Assembly (NCBI GenBank): GCA_050949565.1
Contig: JBMNFY010000017.1
Span: 64,001 to 128,000 of the forward strand
Reading direction: 5' to 3'
From: Kiritimatiellia bacterium
Lineage (GTDB): Bacteria; Verrucomicrobiota; Kiritimatiellia; RFP12; UBA1067
DNA: 64,000 nt
The notes below the pieces were generated by a model, which was not told the origin of the DNA, made no database searches, and saw only the letters and a program-made list of their open reading frames with translations. The stretch's first letter is position 1. Each line of letters begins with the position of its first letter. Made by a program: the position numbers and the translations under genes. This document shows, one piece after another, positions 1 to 9,213 of this stretch.

Positions 1-340
1 CCTTCTTGATCTCGGCGATCTTGCGGACCTGCTCGCGCGTGACTTTGCCGACCTTATCGCGGTTGGGGACCCCGGAGCCCTTCGCCAGCCCAGCCTCTTT
101 CTTCAGCAGCGTGGAGGCAGGCGGGCTCTTGAACACAAGGGAAAAACTGCGGTCCGCATACACCGTGATGACCACGGGGATGATCAGGCCCGCTTTGTCT
201 TGAGTCTTGGCGTTAAATTCTTTGCAGAACGCCATGATGTTGACGCCTTGCGAGCCCAGCGCGGGGCCCACCGGCGGCGCAGGATTCGCCGCACCTGCGG
301 GAATCTGCAGTTTCACGATACCCGTGACTTTCTTCGCCAT
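1..340 (-). CDS. rplK: 50S ribosomal protein L11 (3' end runs off window)
   Basis: Manual translation from ATG at 340: [46 protein letters not shown]; follows nusG. Confidence 0.97.
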   Translation of the reverse strand, partial: MAKKVTGIVKLQIPAGAANPAPPVGPALGSQGVNIMAFCKEFNAKTQDKAGLIIPVVITVYADRSFSLVFKSPPASTLLKKEAGLAKGSGVPNRDKVGKVTREQVRKIAEIKK

Positions 341-452
341 AACTTTTACCTACTGTGTCTGTCGCGGCCCTCCCGGCATCCCCACCGGTACAGACGGACC
401 GCAGTTGACGAGCCGCCGCCGCGCTCCAAACGCAACGGGATCGGCCGGACGG

Positions 453-1019
453 CTACGCGTTCTCGTTGACCGCGCGCTCGATCTGCCAATACTCCAGCTC
501 GACCGGAGCGGAGCGCCCGAAGATCGCTACAGAGACCTTCAGCTTGCCCCGGTCAGGATCCACCTCATCGACGGTACCGCTGAAACTCATGAACGGACCG
601 TCGATGATCTTTACGGCCTCACCCGGCTCAAACTGAACCTTAGGCTTGACCTTTTCCTTGTCCTTGTCCGCCGCCTGATTGACGATCGCATCAACCTCGT
701 CGGCAGAAAGCGGCATCGGACGTTCGCCGCCAATAAAACCGATCACCCCCGGCGTCTCCTTAAGAAACCGCCAAGTGGGTTCCAGCACGTTGCGCTCCCC
801 GTCATAGAGGGCCAGGTTAATCAACACATAACCTGGAAAAAACTTACGGGTGACGGTAGTCTTGACCCCGTTCCTGACCTCGGAAACCTTCTCAGTGGGG
901 ATCATGACCTCGCCAATATACTCCCCCATCTCCTCGATCCGCACCCGCGCCTCAATCGAGCGCTTGACCTTCTGCTCCTGACCAGTCAGGGTGTGAAGCA
1001 CAAACCATTGTTTTGTCAT
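453..1019 (-). CDS. nusG: Transcription termination/antitermination factor NusG
   Basis: [18 protein letters not shown] motif GPFMSFSG...VAIFGR; secE-nusG-rplK synteny. Confidence 0.98.
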   Translation of the reverse strand: MTKQWFVLHTLTGQEQKVKRSIEARVRIEEMGEYIGEVMIPTEKVSEVRNGVKTTVTRKFFPGYVLINLALYDGERNVLEPTWRFLKETPGVIGFIGGERPMPLSADEVDAIVNQAADKDKEKVKPKVQFEPGEAVKIIDGPFMSFSGTVDEVDPDRGKLKVSVAIFGRSAPVELEYWQIERAVNENA

Positions 1020-1034
1020 GGACGGCCCCCCGCG

Positions 1035-1238
1035 TTAGGCATGGATTAACTGCAGGAAAAACATGATGGTTTTGTCGCAGCACAACACCACCACGGCCAA
1101 GATCACGATAAACGTAATCACGACGATCGTCGAATCGACCAACTCTTGACGGTCAGGCCAAGAGATCTTTTTGAACTCGACCCCGACATCGCCGAGATAC
1201 GCTCCCAGACTCTGGATGATTTGCTTTACGTTGCTCAT
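1035..1238 (-). CDS. secE: Preprotein translocase subunit SecE
   Basis: EFKKISWP motif plus one TM helix; between tRNA-Trp and nusG. Confidence 0.95.
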   Translation of the reverse strand: MSNVKQIIQSLGAYLGDVGVEFKKISWPDRQELVDSTIVVITFIVILAVVVLCCDKTIMFFLQLIHA

Positions 1239-1329
1239 GTCCCAAGACCCTTCGGTCGTTCCGCTCTCAAAACGCGAAAACCTGTTGCCGCTCCCCCGGC
1301 AGGGACGGCGACAGATACCCGTTCTAAAC

Positions 1330-1406
1330 TGGCAGGCCAGGAGGGACTCGAACCCCCAACGCCCGGTTTTGGAGACCGGTACTCTGCCAAATTGAGCTAC
1401 TGGCCT
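1330..1406 (-). tRNA. tRNA-Trp(CCA)
   Basis: AGGCCAG acceptor stem, anticodon arm CCGGT-CTCCAAA-ACCGG, GTTCGAG T-loop, encoded 3' CCA. Confidence 0.97.
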
Positions 1407-1427
1407 AAAAACTTCCTCGAGAGACGA

Positions 1428-1580
1428 CTACCTCGTTTCGCGATGCAACGTACGCTTCCGCTCCGTCGGGCAGAACTTCTTCATCTCCAGACGGTTGGTC
1501 GTCGTACGCTTATTGCGCGTCGTCGTGTAATTGCGGCGCTTGCACTCAGTGCACGCCAAAATGGCTAATTCTCTCGGCAT
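1428..1580 (-). CDS. rpmG: 50S ribosomal protein L33
   Basis: [25 protein letters not shown]...LEMKKFCP...HRETR; start trimmed to ATG 1580. Confidence 0.96.
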   Translation of the reverse strand: MPRELAILACTECKRRNYTTTRNKRTTTNRLEMKKFCPTERKRTLHRETR

Positions 1581-1665
1581 ATCCGCCTCTTTGCTCCTGT
1601 TTAAACCCCGTGCCACGTCCGGGACGCCGCAACGCCCCGGACGGACACGCTCACAGGAAGCTCAC

Positions 1666-2874
<1,209 letters not shown>

Positions 2875-2921
2875 TTTAGGTTTCCTCCTGTGAGTAGTGA
2901 CAAAAAGTCCATCGTCAAAGC

Positions 2922-2997
<76 letters not shown>

Positions 2998-3314
2998 CCT
3001 ATCCATCGCCCCGCGCGGGGCAAAAAACCCCTTACCCAACATCCCCGACGGCTTTAAGCCAACCCATCGTGACATCGTGCAGGAGTCCATTAAACCTTGC
3101 CAATGTTTGTTTCCCGCTTCCCGAAGGCACAACTCCGGAAAAAAGAAAACCCGATTAGATTACTGAATGCCTCCGGGGATGTCAACACCGACGGGAAATT
3201 TTTTGCGAGGCTGTCAGGCTGTCAAATGTCACCCCAAAACCAGGACTTCCCCCAAAACCTCTTGCCTTGCCCCCATCCTTTCTCCATCATATGTTCACAA
3301 CAAGGGACACTGCC

Positions 3315-4686
3315 ATGAAGAAACGAAGCCGGAGCAGGATCCTCACTGCGTTGTTCATCGTGTTCGCAACGATGACCAACGCCGCTCCCACTGGGGTGAC
3401 GGTCAACGGCACCGCTCTCGACGATGCCGTCTCGTCCGGTGGCACGGGCTGGACGTATAACGCGCCTACACTCACGCTTTCCGGGGCAGAGCCCCTCACG
3501 CTCTCTGGCGCGAACACGGCGGGTAAGGTGCTCGTCGTCGTCTCGGCGGGCGCGACGAGCGCGGTCACGCTCTCGGATTTGACGCTCCAGACCACCGGCA
3601 GTGGCCAGTGCGTCTTCGAGTTGGAGCAGAATGCCGATATCTCGCTCTTCCTCGCGGGAACGAACACGCTCGCCTCGGGAAGAGACCACGCAGGCCTCGA
3701 AGTTCCCGCGAGCGCGTCGATCTCCATCACCAATGCGCCTAGCGATGCGGCAGGCGCACTGACGGTGACGGGCGGCACTATGGGCGCGGGCATCGGCGGC
3801 GGTTCTAAGGGCACGGGCGGCACGGTCACAATCTCCGGCGGCACGATCGCGGCTACGGGCGGCTTGTACGGCGCGGGCATTGGCGGCGGTTACTTACGTG
3901 CGGGCGGCACTGTGACCGTCCATGGCGGTACGGTCACAGCCACGGGCGGTATGTATGGCGCGGGCATTGGCGGTGGCCGCTCTGGTAACGGTGATGCTGT
4001 GACCATCACCGGCGGCACGGTCTTCGCGCGAGGCAACAACGGCAGTGCGGACATCGGGCCGGGCTTCAGTGGCACGGCTTCCGGCGCGAATATCTTTACC
4101 GGCGGCTCGGTCCGCCTCGCGAACGACAGCATCTCCCCCACGCCCACGGACAACGCTTTCCAAAACGGTGTCGGAACCGCAATGCAAACGCATCTCCCCC
4201 ACGCCCACGGACAACGCGACGCACGTTTGGTGCGTGACGGTAACGAACCTCACACCTAATGCGGCTATCGTCGTTACGGCGCTCGACCCCTACGGCGTCA
4301 GCGACCTCTTTGCCGATGAAAACGGCAAGCTCTACCTCTGGCTGCCGGACGGCGACTACACCTTCGTGGCGGGCAACGCCGGCTACACGGCTACCGTGGA
4401 CGGCGCGGCGACCACGGCGGTCGCCAACGGCCTTGTCGCGCCGCTCTTCGCCACGGACGGCACGGCGCTTGTCTTCGACGGCACGGCGCTCGCCATCAAG
4501 ATCACCAACGCCAAAAGCGGAATATGGTACGCGCTCTACAGGGTGAATACGCTCGGCGAGACCTGGGAACTGCTGCGGAGCGTCCACGCGACGACCGACG
4601 GCGACCTTGCCTTCACGGACATCGACGCGACAGCACCATACCGCTTCTTCAAGGTGAGGGCCAGCATCACTCAGCCCCTGCCATAG
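3315..4686 (+). pseudogene. Secreted Gly-rich beta-helix-like protein (GAGIGGG repeats), frameshifted by a 61-bp insertion
   Basis: Signal peptide MKKRSRSRILTALFIVFATMTNA; three GAGIGGG...GGTVT units; peptide ISPTPTDNA occurs in both ORF 3267..4259 and ORF 4045..4686; deleting 61 bp joins them in frame. Confidence 0.8.
4129..4217 (-). CRISPR. Candidate single-spacer ectopic ('neo') CRISPR unit: 28-bp repeat, 33-bp spacer, 28-bp repeat
   Basis: Perfect direct repeat GCATCTCCCCCACGCCCACGGACAACGC at 4129-4156 and 4190-4217; type I-E-like geometry; no cas genes in window. Confidence 0.55.
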
Positions 4687-4723
4687 GCTGGTGCTGGCGG
4701 AAACAAGAGGTAGTAAGTTGCCG

Positions 4724-5052
4724 AAGGAATCGAAAAATTCGAAGGATTCGATTCCGTCGATTCTCTCGATTCCATCCGTGCGCAGCACAAAAGGTGGCTC
4801 GCGGGGACACTCGCCCCCCAAAAAACCTGAAACCAAACTCTGCGTCTCTGCGTCTCTGCGTTAAATAAACCCGAACCATGAAACACATGAAACTTCATGA
4901 AAATTGAAGGCTTTCCTTTGCGTTCTCTGCGTTCTTTGCGGCTATTTACGTGGCCATGACTATTCGCGACAATTCGCATCATTCGCGGTTAAAACCCCGT
5001 CGCTATGCCCCCAAAAACCTCTGCGTAATCGTGTAATCTGTGGATGTTAAAA
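4724..5052. repeat. Intergenic mosaic of short tandem-triplet modules and a REP-like unit
   Basis: (CTCTGCGT)x3 at 4838-4861, CATGAAA x3, CT[TC]TGCG x3, ATTCGC x3, and GGCTCGCGGGGACACTCGCCC; related modules recur at 55.4-55.7 kb and 59.7-63.6 kb. Confidence 0.8.
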
Positions 5053-5119
5053 ACCGCACGCGGTCCTGCCACCCTATTTCGTATTGCTTTCTTCCGTAAA
5101 AAAAGCCAAACTTCACTTT

Positions 5120-5683
5120 ATGGAACCGTCTGTCACCCTCAAGTATTTCAAGACGCGTTTTGCATGGCGTGATGTCGCCGATGCCGCGCGTACCACCATC
5201 CGCATGGCAGAGGGGGAGAAAGAGCCCAGCAGCGCCTGGAAGCGCCGCATCCTGCTCTCTGAACATTCGCCCATCCGCCAGATGATGTTTAAGTGGAAGT
5301 GGATCAACCTCCCCTATTGGGTCAGCGTTCACTTCGTCCGACACAAGATCGGTATCGAGCACTTCGTCAGCACCCAGCGTACTGACCGCACGGGCGTGGA
5401 CCGTACATCCATGCCCCAGTCCGCGCCGGTCGATCACGAGTGCTTTGCCAATGCGCAGGCGCTCATCTTCATCTCGCGCAAACGGCTCTGCCGTCAGGCG
5501 TCCCCAGAGACGACGGCGGCCTGGAAGCTTGTACTGGATGAAGTCAAACAGTGCGAACCCGAGCTTCACAGCGTCTGTGTGCCGGAGTGCGTCTACCGCG
5601 GCTTCTGCCCGGAGTTCAAGAGTTGCGGCTACGTCGAGACCGCTGCCTATCAAGAGGCGCTGGCCGCTTACCGCGGCACCTGA
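5120..5683 (+). CDS. thyX: FAD-dependent thymidylate synthase (short ThyX-like)
   Basis: EHSPIR, VHFVRH, STQR, RLCRQASPE and PECVYRGFCPE motifs; the RHRxxS signature is degenerate. Confidence 0.8.
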   Translation: MEPSVTLKYFKTRFAWRDVADAARTTIRMAEGEKEPSSAWKRRILLSEHSPIRQMMFKWKWINLPYWVSVHFVRHKIGIEHFVSTQRTDRTGVDRTSMPQSAPVDHECFANAQALIFISRKRLCRQASPETTAAWKLVLDEVKQCEPELHSVCVPECVYRGFCPEFKSCGYVETAAYQEALAAYRGT

Positions 5684-5823
5684 CAATCATCACGAGCGGT
5701 GCCAGAGGCGCCACAGCCAGAAGCGCAGCCGCTGCCACCAGGTGGTCGCCGACGCCGGGGGCGTTGCGTTATTGTTCCGGCGAGCGCCGGGCCGCATATA
5801 CTCACGATCGGAAAGTCCCATAG

Positions 5824-6618
5824 ATGAGATCAGACGATACCACATCGCGCGCCACTCCGCAAAGCACGCATGCTGCGAACGGTGAGCGTCTACAGAATGT
5901 TCTGGCACGCCGGGGTGTCGCGTCGCGACGGCACGCTGCCGAGTGGATTGCCGCCGGCGTGGTCACCGTCAATAGTCAAACCGTATATGAGCCCGGCGCA
6001 CGCGTACAGCCGGAAAAGGACGATATCCGCGTAAACGGCAGACGACTGCCCAAGCAAGCTGAGCGTCTGCGTACTGTCCTGCTTTACAAGCCGCGCGGCC
6101 TGATCTGCTCAGCCGACAACCAACGCGGCGCAACAGTGTGCGATCTGATGCGCCCGCACTTCCGCGAACGGCTCGTGCCGGTCGGCCGGCTCGACAAGGA
6201 GAGCGAAGGGCTGCTCCTGATGTCGAACGACGGTGAACTGACCCACTGCATGACGCATCCGCGTTATGGGCACACCAAAACCTACCACGCGCGCGTCGCG
6301 GGGCGCATGGAAGAGAGCAAGGTTGAAACCCTACGCTCGCGGCTCGAGATCGACGGCTACGTCATCCAGCCGGTGGAGGTCGAAGTGCTGAAGGTGGGGC
6401 GCGACAACACGCACCTGCTGGCCTTCACGCTTGCAGAGGGCCGCAACCGCCAGATCCGTAAAATGTGTTCGCTGGCACACTTCGTTGTGCTTAGCCTCAC
6501 ACGCGTGCGCATCGCCTTTCTCAAGATCGGCGACATGCAACCCGGCGCGTGGCGCGAACTCAGCGACAGTGAAGTCCGCGCCTTGAAGAAACCGCTGCTC
6601 CGCGAGTCTGGCGAATAG
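5824..6618 (+). CDS. rRNA pseudouridine synthase, RsuA/RluB family
   Basis: S4 domain (ERLQNVLARRGVASRR), KPRG, VGRLDKESEGLLL, EGRNRQIRKM. Confidence 0.93.
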   Translation: MRSDDTTSRATPQSTHAANGERLQNVLARRGVASRRHAAEWIAAGVVTVNSQTVYEPGARVQPEKDDIRVNGRRLPKQAERLRTVLLYKPRGLICSADNQRGATVCDLMRPHFRERLVPVGRLDKESEGLLLMSNDGELTHCMTHPRYGHTKTYHARVAGRMEESKVETLRSRLEIDGYVIQPVEVEVLKVGRDNTHLLAFTLAEGRNRQIRKMCSLAHFVVLSLTRVRIAFLKIGDMQPGAWRELSDSEVRALKKPLLRESGE

Positions 6619-6651
6619 ATTTGAGTGCGTCTGCTCGTCCTTGCTCTGCCC

Positions 6652-8895
6652 CTACCGCAGCGTCATCACCGAGCCGACCGGCGCAATGGTCAGTTTCGCG
6701 TAAGTGTCGGTCACGCGCACGAGAGCCGCATAGCCGACGGGGGCCGACGACGGCTTGGTTGCGTTCAGCAGCGCCTGGCGCGTTGCGGCATCAGCCGAAG
6801 CAAAGGTGAAGAGCGTTCCGTAGTAGGGATACACGACCCCTTGCGGCACGGTCAGCGTAACGGCACCCTCAACGGTCAGCGCTCCGGCAACGGCCAGCGA
6901 CGCGCTGTAGCACCCGCCGGTCTCGAACGTCACGGTGAGATCGCCGCTGACGGTCGCCGTGCCGGTCAATTCCGCGCCCGCGCAGATCACGATATTGGTG
7001 ATGCCGTCCAACACAGCACCATCCAGATCGAGCACACCGGCCTCGACGATCAGCGTGCCGTCCACCGCGAGTGTACCTGAGAGCGTCTGCACGGCCGTAC
7101 CGCTTTTGACAACAGTGCCAGCACCGCTGAATGAGCCGCTGAAGATCGCATCGTCAGTCGTGTGGATGCCGAACGTGCCGTTCGCAAGCAGTTCGATCGC
7201 ACCATCGCCGCTGAGCGAGCCGACCGTCTCGCTTGTGCCAGAGACTGCGAGCTTGCCCGGCGCCGCCACCGTGGTCGGCGAGAGATCGGAGAAGACATTC
7301 ATCGCGCTTTGCATGCCCTGCACCGACCACTGCCCGACCAACGTCTTACGCGCGGTCGTGATCAACGAGGTATCTGCGGAATAGTCTTGCGAGTCCACCA
7401 CCGTCCACGTCGTTCCGTCCGCACTGGTCTCGACGGTCCATGTGATCGCATCCCGTCCATCGGCATCGTTTGCGGTGTACCACGCATAACCGTTGAAGAA
7501 CACCGGAGTGGGGAACTCAAGCACCAACGGGTAGAGCGGCGACGCGGAACCATGATAAAACTTGGTGTCCACGCTGCCGTCGATCGCGTCTCCCGGCGGC
7601 TCTTTGCTGCTGGCAGTCTTGCCATAGCTTGTCGCCAGCGTGCCGACGGGATACGGCACATCGGCACCGCCCAAGGTGAGACGGAATTCGGAGAGTTGGT
7701 AGCCCGTATTGACATGGTCGCCTTCGGGACGCGTCGCGCTGGGCTTGAAGCGGACAAACTTGGTCAGAACCCCCGAGACCACCGTCGCCGTGCCGGCCTC
7801 GATCCGGGTTGCGCCGGTATAGGTACTGTCTGTGCCGGTGTAGTAGGTGTTCCCGGTGCCAGTCTGCGTGAGCCCCAGCGCGGAGACGCCGTCCTGCAAC
7901 GAACCGATAAACGTTTCCGCCCCAGCATTGGTCACGACCACCGACATCGGCAGAGCGCCGTCATTGCGAATCACAGTGTTGATACCCTTGGACATGATGT
8001 ACGGCATCGGCACCGTCCGTCGCCTGCAATGCGACCACGCCCTGACCTGAGGCCGTCCCCGCGAAAGCCGTCGTAATCCGTCAAAGTCACCACGCTGTTG
8101 TTCTCGGCGTGCAGCCGACCGGTCGCCGGAAAGCGCGCTGAACACGGCGTTGAAATTGTTGACCGCCAGCCGTCCGTCCTGTCCAATTACGACCGGCTGT
8201 TCAATCGACGTCCCTGCGCCGCCGAACCATTTATCGGTCAGATACGCCTCGACCGCCTGACGCTCTTCCACCGTCAACACGCGGTTATACACCAGCACCT
8301 CGCCGACATACCCGGCGAAGTAGCGGGCATATTGGGAACTGAACCAGTAGTCGCCGAGGGCCGCGCGGAACTCGCGGGTCGTGGAGCTGACGGCCGAGAG
8401 AATATGCAGCGGCTGGCTGGCGAATGAGTAACCCGCCACGCCATTGATCGCCATCTCGCCGTTGAAAGAGAAGTCATTCTGGTCCGCGCTGTTTCCGGTG
8501 TGCCGCCACGTGGTGGAAGAATTGAGGCGCACTCCATTCTTATCTTGGAACGATTCCCCCCAGAGGCCACCCAAGCTTACGTAACTGGTCATACGGTTGA
8601 CGATAAACACTGTACGGGCCTGTGCCGTCTTGCTGGCTTCCAGCCGCGTGCGCACCGCGCCGTCGCCGAACAGCACGGCCGGCTTACCGTTGATCGCGTT
8701 TTCCACCCATTTCGGTCGGTTCGCCGGGTTGGACTGCGTAAAATGGACACCCGCCCCGGACGCATCGTTCCACGCCGCAACAAAACCGTTGGACAGCGCA
8801 AAGGCGCTCGGCTCCGAGGCATCCAACCAATAAGAGAGTCCGTCCTTTAGCGGCACAGGCTTAGAGATGCGAAGCGTGCCCGCCTCCACCTGCAT
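6652..8895 (-). CDS. C-terminal part of a large secreted autotransporter-repeat protein (LamG-like and discoidin-like modules)
   Basis: WLDAS...VAAWNDASG...GYVGEVLVYNR; VKSGTAVQTLSG repeats; continuous with 9214..11883 across frameshifts; ends GSVMTLR without a beta-barrel. Confidence 0.75.
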   Translation of the reverse strand: MQVEAGTLRISKPVPLKDGLSYWLDASEPSAFALSNGFVAAWNDASGAGVHFTQSNPANRPKWVENAINGKPAVLFGDGAVRTRLEASKTAQARTVFIVNRMTSYVSLGGLWGESFQDKNGVRLNSSTTWRHTGNSADQNDFSFNGEMAINGVAGYSFASQPLHILSAVSSTTREFRAALGDYWFSSQYARYFAGYVGEVLVYNRVLTVEERQAVEAYLTDKWFGGAGTSIEQPVVIGQDGRLAVNNFNAVFSALSGDRSAARREQQRGDFDGLRRLSRGRPQVRAWSHCRRRTVPMPYIMSKGINTVIRNDGALPMSVVVTNAGAETFIGSLQDGVSALGLTQTGTGNTYYTGTDSTYTGATRIEAGTATVVSGVLTKFVRFKPSATRPEGDHVNTGYQLSEFRLTLGGADVPYPVGTLATSYGKTASSKEPPGDAIDGSVDTKFYHGSASPLYPLVLEFPTPVFFNGYAWYTANDADGRDAITWTVETSADGTTWTVVDSQDYSADTSLITTARKTLVGQWSVQGMQSAMNVFSDLSPTTVAAPGKLAVSGTSETVGSLSGDGAIELLANGTFGIHTTDDAIFSGSFSGAGTVVKSGTAVQTLSGTLAVDGTLIVEAGVLDLDGAVLDGITNIVICAGAELTGTATVSGDLTVTFETGGCYSASLAVAGALTVEGAVTLTVPQGVVYPYYGTLFTFASADAATRQALLNATKPSSAPVGYAALVRVTDTYAKLTIAPVGSVMTLR

Positions 8896-9213
8896 GCCGC
8901 CCGAATAGGCGATCGAAGCGATGGGGAAGGGAGAAGTCGCCGGTCCCGATCTTTGCCAGCGCGAGCGGTGGCCGGACCGTCACTGATCGTGCCGGTGAAC
9001 GCGGATGAGACGTTGCCGGCGCCGACCGTCAGCGTCGCCGCCTGCGCGCCGCTGTTCGTGACGCTGCCGCCGGCCAGCGTGTTGGTGAGCACGCCGAGCG
9101 TTTCAGCTCCGGCCGTTCAGGTCCAGCACGCCGCCCGACAGTGCCACGCCGCCGCCGATCTGGTTGCCGTGTGTCACCGGTCAGCACCACACGCGTGCCG
9201 GGCTCGGCACCGA

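Noticed and set aside
341-452. L1-binding leader upstream of rplK
   Set aside because: A GTCTGT/ACAGAC stem is possible, but I could not match the consensus with confidence.
3760-4030. Repeated GGCGCGGGCAT(C/T)GGCGG units as a DNA repeat array
   Set aside because: In-frame protein repeats (GAGIGGG) with synonymous variation.
4129-4217. Canonical CRISPR array
   Set aside because: Only two repeats, weak palindrome, no leader or cas genes, and it lies inside a CDS; kept only as an ectopic integration candidate.
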